Origin: Octopus sinensis
Taxonomy: Eukaryota
Length of the DNA: 64,000 bases
Assembly (NCBI RefSeq): GCF_006345805.1
Contig: NW_021833284.1
Span: forward strand, 1-64,000
Direction: 5' to 3'
Made by a program: the position numbers and the translations under genes
Shown here: in pieces, positions 1 to 14,435 of the stretch
How positions within the stretch are numbered: the first letter of the stretch is position 1
Layout of the letters: each line of letters begins with the position of its first letter
The notes under the pieces: generated by a model
What the model was told of the DNA's origin: nothing
The model's input: the letters and a program-made list of their open reading frames with translations, nothing else
Database searches by the model: none

Positions 1-830
1 AGGTGTCAGCAACGAGGGGGGGTGCTGTTGGTGATGGTGATGATGATGATGATGGTGTTCGGCTTGCTATTGATGGTGATGGTGGTGGTAGTCGTGATTG
101 GTGGTGGTGGTGGTGGTAGTGGTGATTGGTGGTGATGATGATGACAGTGATGATGATGGTGGTGTTCAGGTTGCTATCGGTGGTGGTGGTGATGATGATG
201 ATGGTGTTCGGGTTGCTATCGGTGATGATGATGATGATGATGATGGCCATTCACGTTGATAGTGGTGGTATGAAGAGTGACGATGGCAGAGATGAAGACA
301 ACGATTGTGGTGGTGGTGATGGTGATGATGGGGAGGTGGAGCGGGGCGGAGGCAGAGGAAGCGATGAAGAGAACTACACCATCTATTTCATATTTCACAC
401 TACAATTAATCTCCAGAGAAACTATAGGCTTAGAGCCTTTCATGATGGTGGTGGTGGTGGTGACGATGGTGGGTGGTGGTGGTGGTTAGTAGTAGTGGTG
501 GTGGTGGTGGTGGTGGTGGTAGTAGTAGTGGTGGTCGTGGTGGATGGTGGTAGTAGTGGTGGTGGTGGTAGTGGTGGTGATGGTGGTGGTGGCAGTGGTG
601 GTCGTGGTGGGTGGTGGTAGTAGTGGTGGTGGTGATGGTAGTAGTAGTGGTGTTGGTGGTGGTAGTAGTAGTGGTGGTGGTGGTAGTAGTGGTGGTGGTA
701 GTGGTGATGGTGGGTGGTGGTAGTAGTGGTAATAGTGGTGATGGTGGTGGTGGCAGTGGTGAGCGTGGTGGGTGGTGGTAGTAGTGGTGGTGGTGGCAGT
801 GGTGGTGGTGGTGGTGGCGCCAGTGCCTGT
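1..830. repeat. (GGT/GAT/AGT)n low-complexity tract. Other large microsatellites: (ATT)n 3620-3883, (GATA/GACA)n 8900-9405, (CAT/CAC)n 17700-18022, (CT)/(TA)/(CA)n 38490-39085, (TA)n 45240-45890, (ATT)n 48725-48930 and 49150-49400, (GT)n 60340-60785, (GAT)n 60862-61012
   Basis: Direct inspection. Confidence 0.95.
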
Positions 831-1101
831 TGTTATTTGTTGCAGTTGCTGCTGCTGCTGCTGTGTATTCTTCAAAAGAATTTAGGATAATCTTTAACAA
901 ATGTGTAGGAACAAACACTTGTGAAGGTGGAAAAGATCTGCTACAGATGTGTGGGTGGGTGTGTGTGTGTTTGCATGTGTGCACATATGCGTGTGTGAGT
1001 GTAGGTGTGTATATCTATATATGTATGTTAGTATGTATATTTCTGTTTCTATGTATGTGTGTCTGTGTATGTTTGTATGTGTGTATATATCATGATCTAT
1101 G

Positions 1102-1131
<30 letters not shown>

Positions 1132-1132
<1 letters not shown>

Positions 1133-1476
1133 GGTGCAGGAGTGGCTGTGTGGTAAGTAGCTTGCTAACCAACCACATGGTTCCGGGTTCAGTCCCACTG
1201 CGTGACACCTTGGGCAAGTGTCTTCTACTACAGCCTCGGGCTGACCAAAGCCTTGTGAGTGGATTTGGTAGACGGAAACTGAAAGAAGCCCATCGTATAT
1301 GTATATTATATATAGGCGCAGGAGTGGCTGTGTGGTAAGTAGCTTGTTTACCAACCACATGGTTCCGGGTTCAGCCCACTGCGTGACACCTCGGGCAAAG
1401 TGTCTTCTACTGTAGCCTTGGCCGACCAAAGTCTTGTGGGTGGATTTGGTAGACGGAAAGAAAGAAGCCTGTCGTA

Positions 1477-1514
<38 letters not shown>

Positions 1515-2072
1515 TGCAGGAGTGGCTGTGTGGTAAGTAGCTTGCTAACCCACCACATGGTTCCGGGTTCAGTCCCACTGCGTGACACCTTGGGCAAGTG
1601 TCTTCTACTACAGCCTCGGGCTGACCAAAGCCTTGTGAGTGGATTTGGTAGACGGAAACTGAAAGAAGCCCATCGTATATGTATATATATATAGGCGCAG
1701 GAGTGGCTGTGTGGTAAGTAGCTTGTTTACCAACCACATGGTTCCGGGTTCAGTCCCACTGCGTGACACCTCGGGCAAAGTGTCTTCTACTGTAGCCTTG
1801 GGCCGACCAAAGTCTTGTGGGTGGATTTGGTAGACGGAAACTGAAAGAAGCCTGTCGTATATATGTATATATATATATATGCGTGTGTGTGTTTGTGTGT
1901 CTGTGTTTGTCCCCCTAGCATTGCTTGACAACCGATGCTGGTGTGTTTATGTCCCCGTCACCTGGCGGTTCAGCAAAAGAGACCGATAGAATAAGTACTG
2001 GGCTTACAAAGAATAAGTCCCGGGGTCGAGTTGCTCGATTAAAAGCGGTGCTCCAGCATGGCCGCAGTCAAA
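1132..2072 (+). mobile_element. tRNA-derived SINE (CORE-like, octopus OR-type by recollection): four tandem heads (ABAB) plus one tail
   Basis: A box tggctgtgtgg, B box ggttcagtccc, ttgggcaagtg segment, (TA)n spacers; tail ends aaacaagtaaaagag in complete copies. Confidence 0.85.
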
Positions 2073-2536
2073 AAGAGAGAATAATGATAATAATATTAGG
2101 GAGTATAACTCCAAACTTACAGGGAAAAATTCAATTTAGAATTTAAATCAAATTTCACAATATTAATATATAATATATATAAATTAGAGAAAAACCACTT
2201 TTATGTAATTCAAGTTATGTGATCTAGTTATATGTTTTAAAAAAATATATATTTTAATTTTCATTTATGATATGGTTTATGTCATTCTCTTTCTCTCTCT
2301 CTCTCTCTTTTTCTCGCTCTCTCTCCATCTCCTTTCTCCTCTCTGTCTTTTCTCTCTTTGCATCCCTCTCTCCATCACTCTCTATCTACCTATCTATGTA
2401 TCTTTCACTCTCCATCTCTTCTTTCTCTCTCTCTCTCTCTCTCTCTGCCTCTCTCCATCACTCTCTCTCTCTCTGTCTATCTGTTTGAATTGCATAATTG
2501 TGGCTTTTCTCTAATTTATATATATATACATACATA

Positions 2537-3430
2537 GGTGCAGGAGTGGCTGTGTGGTAAGTAGCTTGCTTACCAACCCCATGGTTCCGGGTTCAGTCCC
2601 ACTGCATGGCACCTTGGGCAAGTGTCTTCTACTATAGCATTGGGCCAACCAAAGCCTTGTGAGTGGATTTGGTAGACGGAAACTGAAAGAAGCCTGTCAT
2701 ACATGTGTGTTTGTGTTTGTCCCCCCCCCCCCCCCCCACATCACTTGACAACTGATGTTGGTGTGTTCTATGTACCTGTGACTTAGCGGTTCAGCAAAAG
2801 AGACCGATAGAGTGAGTACTAGGTTTACAAAGAATAAGCACTGGTGTCGATTTGTTTGACTAAAGGCGGTGCTCCAGCATGGCCGCAGTCAAATGACTGA
2901 AACAAGTAAAAGAGAGTAAAAGAGTATACCATTTAAGACAATCTTTTGCGTTTTTTGCATGGATGGTACATCAGGAATCATCCTCAAATAATTTTCTGTT
3001 CCTTTTTCGGTCATTCCAAGTGCTCCTGCAGTCACTGGTATTGTAACCGTCTTGAGATCTCTTTCTCTTTTACTTGTTTCAGTCATTTGACTGCGGCCAT
3101 GCTGGAGCACCGCCTTTAGTCGAGCAAATCGACCCCGGGACTTATTCTTTTGTAAGCCCAGTACTTATTCTATCGGTCTCTTTTGCCGAATCGCTAAGTG
3201 ACGGGGATGTAAACACACCAGCATCGGTTGTCAAGCGATGCTAGGGGGACAAACACAGACACACAAACATACACACGTATATATACAACAGGCTTCTTTC
3301 AGTTTCCGTCTACCAAATCCACTCACAAGGCATTGGTCGGCCCGGGGCTATAGCAGAAGACACTTGCCCAAGATGCCACGCAGTGGGACTGAACCCGGAA
3401 CCATGTGGTTGGTTAGCAAGCTACTTACCA
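2537..3430. mobile_element. Tail-to-tail SINE pair (2537-2925 +, 3065-3430 -). Other copies: 9813-10200 +, 10215-10375 +, 10385-10765 -, 22210-22575 -, 23515-24112 -, 39445-40000 +, 43600-43968 -, 44165-44585 -, 46170-46538 -, 46680-47085 +, 47400-47797 -, 50720-51120 -, 54085-54690 +
   Basis: Direct sequence identity among copies; coordinates approximate. Confidence 0.8.
2927..3058 (-). mobile_element. Diverged fragment of the same RLE C-terminal region
   Basis: KTVTIPVTAGALGMTEKG...IPDVPSMQKTQKIVL resembles the 57900-58160 peptide. Confidence 0.6.
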
Positions 3431-3903
3431 CACAGCCACTCCTGCACCTATATGCCACATTTTTTTTTTTTCAATCAGCAAATCTTTCTATTTTCTGAGC
3501 TTATCGAATTCTTTTGCTGAGATATAATGATCGCAAGGTATGCTCATGTGAATCAATAAACAGACTTTATTGTTTGGGTCTTTCACAACAACATCTGGTT
3601 TATTAGCTTTGATTTATCATCATTATTATTATTATTATTATCAATAATAATAATAATGATAATAATAATAATGATGATAATAATAATAATCAATTCTTTT
3701 TTATCATGCGTGTCAGCCCTTGTGGCCAATAAAAAAGAATTGATTATTATTATTATCATCATTATTATTATTATTATCATTATTATTATTATTATCATCA
3801 TTATTATTATTATCATTATTATTATTATCATTATCATTATTATTATTATCATTATTATTATTATTATCATTATTATTATTATTCCTCCACACTTTCCTTT
3901 CAG

Positions 3904-4002
3904 ACGTAAGCTGTGAAGAACGTTACCACTGTTTCCATTCAGCAGGGATCCATTCTGTCTCTCTCCCCTGGCTCATACATTACGAAGAATTCTGTAACAA
4001 CG
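3904..4002 (+). CDS. NUP88: NUP88 exon (beta-propeller end, [33 protein letters not shown])
   Basis: ctttcag acceptor, gtttgt donor, 99 nt, phase 1-1. Confidence 0.9.
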
Positions 4003-4008
4003 GTTTGT

Positions 4009-4052
<44 letters not shown>

Positions 4053-7000
4053 ATGGTGGTGGTGCTGGTGGTGGCAAGCTGGCAGAATTGTTAGCATACC
4101 AGGCAAAATGCTGAGCGGTTTTTACATTCTTAGTTCAGATTTCACCTAGGTCGACTTTGCATTTCATCTTTACAGGTTCGATAAATTAAGTACCAGTGAA
4201 ACACTGGGGTTCATGTAATCAAACTATTCCCTTCTTCCAAAATTCCAAGCCTTATGCCTATAGTAGAAAGGATTATTTTTATTATTAATTATTATTATTA
4301 TTATTATTGTTGTTATTATTATTATTATTATATTATTATTATTATTATTATTATGTGAGAGAGCAGTGCATGCCATCAAAGTGACACTGGGGTAAAATAT
4401 ACGAAGCCCAGTATACCCATCATGACTACCCGTCTGATAAGGGTACACCAGGCACATGCATCACAACCATATGTGCGCGACATGGTGATCTCATATCAAG
4501 ATAAACAGCACATGACCTTGCAGGTGGGGCCCAGTTAGAATTTTCTTCAGGTTGAGTAGCCCATCCTCTCAAAGGGTCCTTGAATAACGGTTGTTTAAGG
4601 ATGTTGAAAGAACCACCCATTTTTCCAGGTGGTGAATTATTCAAACCCCAAAGAATCCTCTCAACACATGGTTATGATGCTCCCCCACTACTTCTGCTCG
4701 TGATCAGAGATGCACATACGTCAGACACTAAGGGACATGCTCAACTGTTACGGTCAATCAAACAACTGACAAGCAAATCTGTGGTATTGAGCAGAATATT
4801 TGCTGTAGGCCATCTTTTATACCAAGACAAAACAATGTACATGATAACACTTCCTTATTATTATTGAAGATATCGTGTGTACCAGGGATGTGTACTGTTT
4901 GTCAAGTCACAACAAGGACCCCAGGCAGACAGTACTTTACGCAGTATGCATGCAGTTCCACGTAAAGCCGATTTTTGTAATACACCAAAGATGGTAGGGT
5001 ATTTCTAAAGTTCTCAGATGTTTCTTCAGGTAGGGAGATATTGGACCCAATGCTTCGATGACAACAGGGACAACCTTTTAAGCTGGCTTTCTTCTCTCTC
5101 TCTCCCTTCTTCTCTTCCCTCCTCGCCCCACTCCGCCTCATTATAACATGTTACTGTTATGTCTTCAAACTAATCAAGGCAACAGGGTATCCACTATGTG
5201 GTCACTTGTCCTTCTAGAAATAGCAGCCAAATCTAGCCTACCACAAATTAACGCTTTACTGTCTTGGAAAAAAAATGAAGGAGAAAATGAGAACACATTT
5301 GATGATGTAGTCTTAGATATATAATGCCTAGATAGACACACAAGAAAAGTAAAAACTGGTCATAATTAACACATTGATCATCATCTTGTTGACAAAACTA
5401 CTCAGACTGCATCTTAACCTTTTAATTCTTTACTACCCACAAGGGGCTAAACACAGAGGGGACAAGCAAGGACAGACAAACAGATTAAGTCGATTACATC
5501 GACCCCAGTGCGTAACTGGTACTTATTTAATCGACCCCGAAAGGATGAAAGGCAAAGTCGACTTCGGCAGAATTTTAACTCAGAACGTAATGCCAGACGA
5601 AATACCTATTTCTTTACTACCCACAAGGGGCTAAACATAGAGGGGACAAACAAGGACAGACAAACAGATTAAGTCGGTTATATCGACCCTAGTGTGTAAC
5701 TGGTACTTAATTTATCGACCCCGAAAGGATGAAAGGTAAAGTCGACCTCGGCAGAATTTGAACTCAGAACGTAATAGCAGACGAAATACGGCTACGCATT
5801 TTGCCCGGCGTGTTAACATTTCTGCCAGCTCGCCGCCTTTTACCCACAAGGTAAAGTGATTGACGTTAGGAAGGGCATCCAGCCGTAGAAACCATGCTAA
5901 ATCAGACACTGGCGCACAATGCAGTCCTTAAACCCACTAGATCCTATCAAAGTGTCCAACCCATGCCAGCAAGGAGCATGGACGTTAAATGACGATGTCA
6001 GAGTGTTGTACAAAATGCCTTGAAGTTCTTGTTCGTTTCCTGTTGGTTTCTGATTTCATGTATAAGATCTTTTCGGTTTGAACGGCAGGGGTTGGGGATC
6101 TTTTCGGTTTGAACGGCAGTTTTTTCTAGCGGTGTCATATGAAATTGTCACTCATAATTATGACCCTAGTATCGATCTATTGCATTTCAATCTGTTTTAT
6201 GGTTAGGGTTAAGGGATCTTTTCGGTTTGACTGGCAGTTTTTTTTAGCGGTGTCATATGAAATTGTCACTCATAATTATGACCCTAGTATCGATCTATTG
6301 CATTTCAATCTGTTTTAGGGTTAGGGGATCTTTTCGGTTTGAATGGCAGTTTTTTTCTAGCGGTGTCATATGAAATTGTCACCCATAATTATGACCCTAG
6401 AATCGATCTATTGCATTTCAATCTGTTTTAGGGTTAGGGGATCTTTTCGGTTTGAACGGCAGTTTTTTTCTAGCGGTGTCATATGAAATTGTCACCCATA
6501 ATTATGACCCTAGTATCGATCTATTGCATTTCAATCTGTTTTAGGGTTAGGGGGAAGGGTATCCTTTTTTCTTCACAATTGTAAATAAACCCAATCTGTT
6601 TCTTAAACGAGGGACATATTCATACGGCACAGAATGTTTCTTTTTACCTCAATGGACGTCATTGATTGGTTGAAATTGCAGGAATTGAAGAAAAAAAACA
6701 ACAAATATCTTACAAACTATAGAATTTTCTCAATAAAGCCAAGAGAAAAAGATGTTTTATAAACACATTCTACCAGTATACGAAGTTTAAAAGTGTTTAG
6801 TTACGTGGAAATTATTTTAAAAAACTGCCGTTCAAACCGAAAAGATCCCGTGTATATTTTCCTTAAGCGGGAGATTGCCTTAATTTTTCGATAATTAGTC
6901 TTTTATACATGTGTTCTGTTTGCTGGAGACTGCTACTTAATTGCAGACAGAGAGAGAGAGAGAGAGGAGAAAAAAAACAAAAAAAAAAAGCAAGCGTGCG

Positions 7001-9116
7001 TGTGTGCAATTAAAGGGAGAGAATCGCTTCTAAGGTTTTTTTCTTCTCATTTTGTGTTTTGAAAATTCTTATCAGAGAGTGAGACGTTGTGAGAAGATAC
7101 ATATATTTCATATGATTTTTTTATTATTCTTAATAATGGTGCAGGAGTGGCTGTGTGGTAAGTAGCTTGCTTACCAACCACATGGTTCCGGGTTCAGTTC
7201 CACTGCGTGGCATCTTGGGCGAGTGTCTTCTGCTATATCCCCGGGCCGACCAATGTCTTGTGAGTGGATTTGGTAGACGGAAACTGAAAGAAGCCTGTCG
7301 TATATATGATATATATATATATATATATATTATATTATATATATATATAGGCGCAGGAGTGGCTGTGTGTAAGTAGCTTGCTAACCCACCACATGGTTCC
7401 GGGTTCAGTCCCACTGCGTGGCATCTTGGGCAAGTGTCTTCTGCTATAACCCCGGGCCGACCAATGCCTTGTGAGTGGATTTGGTAGACGGAAACTGAAA
7501 GAAGCCTGTCGTATATATGTATATATAATATATATATATATATAATATATATAGGCGCAGGAGGGCTGTGTGTAAGTAGCTTGCTAACCAACCACATGGT
7601 TCCGGGTTCAGTCCCACTGCATGGCATCATGGCAAGTGTCTTCTGCTATAACCCCGGCCCCGACCAAGCCTTGTGAGTGGATTTGGTAGACGGAAACTGA
7701 AAGAAGCCTGTCGTATATATGTATATATAATATATATATGTGTATATATATATATATATAATATAATATATATATTATATATATAGGCGCAGGACTGTGG
7801 CTGTGTGGTAAGTAGCTTGCTAACCAACCACATGGTTCCGGGTTCAGTCCCACTGCATGGCATCATGGGCAAGTGTCTTCTGCTATAACCCCGGGCCGAC
7901 CAATGCCTTGTGAGTGGATTTGGTTAGACGGAAACTGAAAGAAGCCTGTCGTATATATGTATATATATATATATATATGGATATAATATATATATCATTA
8001 TATATAAGATATATATATATATATATATAATATATATATAGCGCAGGAGTGGCTGTGTGTAAGTAGCTTGCTAACCAACCACATGGTTCCGGGTTCAGTC
8101 CCACTGCATGGCATCATGGGCAAGTGTCTTCTGCTAACCACGGGCCGACCAATGCCTGTGAGTGGATTGGTAGACGGAAACTGAAAGAAGCCTGTCGTAT
8201 ATGTGTATATAATATATATATATGTATGTGTGTCTGTTTGTCCCCTAGCATTGCTTGACAACCGATGCTGGTGGTGTACGTCCCCGTAACTTAGCGGTCG
8301 GGCAAAAGAGACCGATAGAATAAGTACTGGGCTTACAAAGAATAAGTCCAGAGTCGATTTGTTCGACTAAAGGTGGTGCTCCAGCATGGCCGCAGTCAAA
8401 TGACTGAAACAAGTAAAAGAGAAAGAGATACGCACACACATAAATCTATACTCTTTACTCTTTTACTTGTTTCAGTCATTTGACTGCGGCCATGCTGGAG
8501 CACTGCCTTTAGTCAAGCAAATCAACCCCAGCACTTATTCTTTGTAAGCCTAGTACTTACTCTATCGGTCTCTTTTGCTGAACCGCTAAGTTACAGGGAC
8601 GTAACAAGCTATGTTGGGGGACAAACACACACACACACATATATATATATATACATATATACGACAGGCTTCTTTCAGTTTCCGTCTACAAAATCCATTA
8701 GCAAGGCTTTGATCAGCACGAGGCTATAGTAGAAGACACTTCCCCAAGGTCCCACACTGAGGGACTGAACCTGGAACCGTGTGGTTGGTAAGCAAGCTAC
8801 ATACCACACAGCCACTCCTGCGGCTATATATGTGTTTATTATATATACATATATATATATATTTCTTTTAATAAATACTGTGATAGATGGACAGGCAAAC
8901 GGACAGATAAATGGATGGATAGATAGATAGATAGAGAGACAGACAGATAGATAGATAGGTAGATAGATAGACAGACAGACAGATAGATAGACAGACAGAC
9001 AGATAGATAGATAGACAGATAGATAGGCAGATAAATAGATAGATAGATAGGCAGATAGATAGATAGATAGATAGGCAGATAGATAGACAGACAGACAGAT
9101 AGATAGACAGACAGAC

Positions 9117-9147
<31 letters not shown>

Positions 9148-10596
9148 TAGATAGATAGTTAGATAGACTGACAGATAGATAGATAGTTAGATAGATTGAT
9201 AGACAGACAGACAGACAGGTAGATAGATAGATAGATTGATAGACAGACAGACAGATAGATAGACAGACATAGATAGATAGATAGGTAGACAGGCAGACAG
9301 ATAGATAGATAGACCGACAGTAAGATAGATAGGTAGACAGACAGAGAGATAGACAGACAGACAGTTAGTTAGATAGATAGATAGATAGATAGACAGTTAG
9401 ATAGAAACACGCACACAGCAGATACCTGCATAGACAGACAGGCATAAATAAATACACAGAGAGGGAGAGATAGACAAATGGCTGTTTCTGTCTGTCTATT
9501 GGTGGACTTATAGACGCTGTGACACACGCTCGCACATGTCCCCATGTCTGTCCCACCTCCCATCTCTAACAAAAGTCTCTGTTGTTCTGCAATGTTCTTG
9601 GATGTCTTTCATTATCTCTTGATTATGTGTTTTGTGACCAATGAATCACACACACACCCCCACACCCTCTTTTACTCCGTTGCCCCCCAACCCACCCCAC
9701 CACCGTGATACAATAGCATAAAGAACCTGGTTTCCATTGCAGTCAGTCATGTGCATCAGATGTCTTTTTCTTCCTTTATACATATATATATGTATATGTA
9801 TATATGTATATAGGCGCAGGAGTGGCTGTGTGGTAAGTAGCTTGCTTACCAACCACATGGTTCTGGGTTCAGTCCCACTGCGTGACATCTTGGGCAAGTG
9901 TCTTCTGCTATAGCCCTGGGCCGACCAATGCCTTGTGAGTGGATTTGGTAGACGGAAACTGAAAGAAGCCCGTCGTATATATGTATATATATATATATGT
10001 GCGTGTCTGTGTTTGTACCCCTAGCATTGCTTGACAACCGATGCTGGTGTGTTTATGTCCCCGTCACTTAGCGGTTCGGCAAAAGAGACCGATAGAATAA
10101 GTACTGGGCTTACAAAGAATAAGTCCCTGGGTCGATTTGCTTGACTAAAGGCGGTGCTCCAGCATGGCCACAGTCAAATGACTGAAACAAGTAAAAGAGT
10201 ATATGTATATATATAGGAGTGGCTGTGTGATAAGAAACTTGCTCCTCAACCACATGGTTCTGGGTTCAGTCCCACTGCGTGGCACCTTGGGCAAGTGTCT
10301 TCTACTCTAGCCTCGGGTCGACCAAAGCCTTGTGAGTGGATTTGGTAGACAGAAACTGAAAGAAGCCCGTCATATATATGTATATACTCTTTACTCTTTT
10401 ACTTGTTTCAGTCATTTGACTGCGGCCATGCTGGAGCACCACCTTTAGTCGAGCAAATCGACCCCAGGACTTATTCTTTTGTAAGCCCAGTACTTATTCT
10501 ATCAGTCTCTTTTTGCTGAACCGCTAAGTGACGGGGACGTAAACACACCAGCATCAGTTGTCAAGCGATGTGGTAGGGGGACACAGACACGCATAC

Positions 10597-10629
<33 letters not shown>

Positions 10630-11706
10630 CACGACAGGCTTCTTACAGTTTCCGTCTACCAAATCCACTCACAAGGCATTGGTCGGCCCGAGGCTATAGC
10701 AGAAGACACTTGCCGGAACCGTGTGGTTGGTAAGCAAGCTACTTACCACACAGCTACTCCTGCGCCTATATATATATATGTATGTTTGTGTTTGCGGATA
10801 AATTGCAGATAAATTCTAACAAAATCTTAACTGGTCCTCCAAGGGCCAGTTAGACCCCGGTTTCGCATCCCACAGTAATGGTCAGTCTTTTGGTTAGCAT
10901 TAGACTCCCTTCTCAAGGATACGCTGGCTGACCCCAATATTTTGTATTTTGTATCATTTCAGCCAATGAAGAGAACATCCCAAATATATCCCAGTCAGAG
11001 AAATGCCTTGTCGAACATGTCCTGTGTACGAAACCTCTCAACTCCAGGTATTGAATCCTTCATTTGCTCTGTTTGATTAAGGCGGCAGTCTTACTCATTC
11101 TGTTATTTCTTTGTGGGTTTAGTTAAGTTAATCTTTTGGCTCAAAAAGCAAAAAGCAAGGCCATGTAGAGGGACATGGAGTTATGCACAGGGAGGGTGTT
11201 CATGCAAAGAGTTCAGGCCATTTCTGGTCAAGAGAGACTCTGAACCGAGCGGTCGTTGGCATCTTCACTATCTCGTCCGGCAGTTTATTCCACGGATCCG
11301 CAACCCGGACGGAGAAAGCCCCTCTCCTTCGAATGAGATGAAATCGGCGCAGATAGAGCTTTTTGGAGTGACCCCGCAGCCGACGCTCTGGAGCAGGAGT
11401 GAAGAACAGCTCTTTCGAGAGGTTACACTTTCCGCTTATGATGTTGTGAGCAAGAATGAGATCACCACGGCAGCGGCGTTTTGTAAGTGTTTGTACATGT
11501 TTGTGGTGGGGTTGAGAAAGATGGAGAGAAAGAGTAAGGGAGGGACAGTGACATTGCATGCATGTGTGTTGTGGTGTATAATGGTATAGGGATTGTGTGT
11601 GCATATGTTTATATATTTATATGTGATATATAGGGATTGTGTGTGTGTGTGCGCGCCCCTTGCACACATGTATATGTTTGTATATTTGTAAGTTAGAAAG
11701 ATTGAT

Positions 11707-11765
<59 letters not shown>

Positions 11766-14401
11766 CAAATTAATAAATAAAACATGCATATATACATACA
11801 TATATGTACGTACCTACCTCTACATGTATATATACGTGCATATATGGGTACAGGACACCAAAAAAACGTTGAACACAATGAGAAATGAAAACATAAACAC
11901 AAAACCAAGGAAATGGACATTTTTCTTAAACAATGGAAAATTAGAGTACAGGACATACAACACAAGGAAAATTCCCCTTCTTCAGTCACCTCTGTTTACG
12001 TGCCACCCCAAGCTAGTGGCACATAAAAAGCACCATCCGATTGTGGCCGTTTACCAGCCTCGTCCAGCCCCCATGCTCGTGGCACGTAAAAGGCACCATC
12101 CAATCGTGGCTGTTTGCCAGCCTCATCCGGCCCCCGTGCCAGTGGCACGTAAAAAGCCTCGTCTGGTACGTAAAAAGTACCATCCGATTGTGGCCGTTGC
12201 CAGCTTCGTCTGGCCCCCATGCCGGTGGCATGTAAAAGCACCATCCAATCGTGGCCGTTTGCCAGCCTCATCTGGCACCTGTGCCGGTAGCACGTAAAAT
12301 ACACCCACTACACTCACGGAGTGATTGGCGTTAGGAAGGGCATCCAGCCGTAGAAACATTGCCAGATCAGACTGGGCCTGATGCAGCCTCCTGGCTTCCC
12401 AGACCCCAGTTGAACCGTCCAACCCCATGGAAAGCGGACGCTAAACGATGATGATGATGATGACGACTTTCATTGCCAACCAATATGTAACTCACTCTCA
12501 TGTTTAAGTTTGTATATATTAGTATCTGTCTCTTTTTTTCTTTCCAGCCCACAGTTTCCGGTCCTCGGCCTTGGAACTACCACCAACCATCTTCTTGGTA
12601 AAACAATCATTGTGCTTACCAGTGAGCTGGAATTTCTCACCATACCACTCAAGTAAGTGTACACTCACACTCACACACACTCATACACACACGCACTCAC
12701 ACTCACTCACACACACACTCACACTCACACCCACACTCACACACATTTTTGTATCGTAGCCCTATTTGTTTCATCCATCCATCCCTGTTCTCCACTCACT
12801 CTTCCTGCGAGCATCATTGTCATTGGATTAGGGCCCTCAGGCACCTCCTCCATAGGGTCCTATCAGAAGAACCCGTTACATCTTCCAGCTGAGTTCCCAA
12901 AGGTGACCAGCTAAAACTTTGGCTATCATCCACCCATCTCATTCTTGGTCTACCCCTAATTCTCCTACCAGTTGAGAGGGTAGAGTCCTCAGGCTCTTTC
13001 CTTTTGGGGTCCTATCAGAAGCTAGTGTTAGGAACATAAATTGTGACTAAGATTTGGTGGAAGATTTTAATTCAAAACTTAGGAAAACAAGACATTTGTA
13101 CTACAGAGCTAGAGGTGGTTTCGGCCGGGTTGGTATCAAAAGGGTTAAAAATATCATGGTGACTTTAACCCTTTTGTTACCATATTTGTGTTGAGGTGCT
13201 CTGTGTTTCTTTCAATTAATTTTAAATATAACAAAGAATTTAGTAAAATAACTTAGTTATCATTAAGCTAGTGTTAGGAACATAAATTGTGACTAAGGTT
13301 TGGTGGAAAAATTTAATTCATAATTTATGAAAACAAGACAAAATATCAAATCGAAATAGTAGTTGTGATACCTGTGCCGGTGGCACGTAAAAAGCACCAT
13401 CCGAATGTGGCCGATGCCAGCACCGCCTTGACTGGCTTCTGTGCTGCTGGCACGTAAAAAGCACCAACCGAACATGGCTGATGCCAGCGCTGCCTTGACT
13501 GGCTTCTGTGCCGGTGGCACGTAAAAAGCACCAACCGATCGTGGCTGCTGCCAGACTCCTCTGGCACGTAAAGAGCACCCACTACACTCACGGAGTGGTT
13601 GACGTTAGGAAGGGCATCCAGCTGTAGAAACACTGCCAGATAAGACTGGAGCCTGGTGCAGCCTCCTGGCTTCCCAGACCCCGGTCGAACCATCCAACCC
13701 GTGCTAGCACGGAAAACGGACGTTAAACGATGATGATGATGATGAAGACATTTGTACTACAGAACCAGAGGGGGTTTCAGCCAGGTTGGTAATGAAAGGA
13801 CTAAGAACATTTATGTACACTGTCACTGTTTAATATTCGTTGTTCTTTTTAAGTATCACCTGCACTGGTAAGGATCACTAAGTAACTTTGAAAGATTCCT
13901 TGTCTTGCAAAGTTACCTGGTGACCCTGCCAGTGCTGGTGTTCTGTGAAAAGCATCCAGTCCACACTGTAAAGTGGTTGGCATTTGGAAGGGTATCCAGC
14001 TGTAAAAACCATACCAAAACTGACCTCACCTGCGTGAGTGCCATGTAAAAAGCTCTCAGTCCACTGTCTGGGGTGGCTGGCATTAGGAGGGGCATCTAGA
14101 TGTAAAAACCTTGCCAAAATTTACCTCACCTGTGCTTATGATATGTAGAAAATTAACACCAGATACCAGTACCAGTGAGGGGACAGGGCTTTAGTACACC
14201 AACCTCCACTCAGCCCCCTCTACAGAGTAGTTTGTGTTAGGAAGGGCATCTAGAACACTCAACTGTAAAAACCATGCCAAAACTAACCTCACCTGTATGA
14301 GTAACATGTAGAAAGCATTCAGTCCATTGTCTGGGGTGGTTGGTATTAGGAGGGGCATCTAGCTGTAAAAACCTTGCCAAAATTTACCTCGCCTGTGCAA
14401 G

Positions 14402-14435
<34 letters not shown>

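Noticed and set aside
330-450. Possible additional upstream NUP88 exon in the unique islands at 330-450, 840-950 or 3470-3540
   Set aside because: No frame resembles the expected NUP88 segment with a phase-1 donor; upstream exons are presumably outside the window.
1132-1210. tRNA-like sequences (also 24270-24345 and 53335-53400)
   Set aside because: SINE heads: they retain A/B boxes but no complete cloverleaf and continue into SINE bodies.
6195-6555. TTAGGG runs as interstitial telomere
   Set aside because: Only two units at a time, and they are internal to a MITE.
11955-11995. CTGAAGA-GGGGAA hammerhead-like start on - strand
   Set aside because: No downstream GAAA or stem III found; truncated by the adjacent RTE-UTR insertion.
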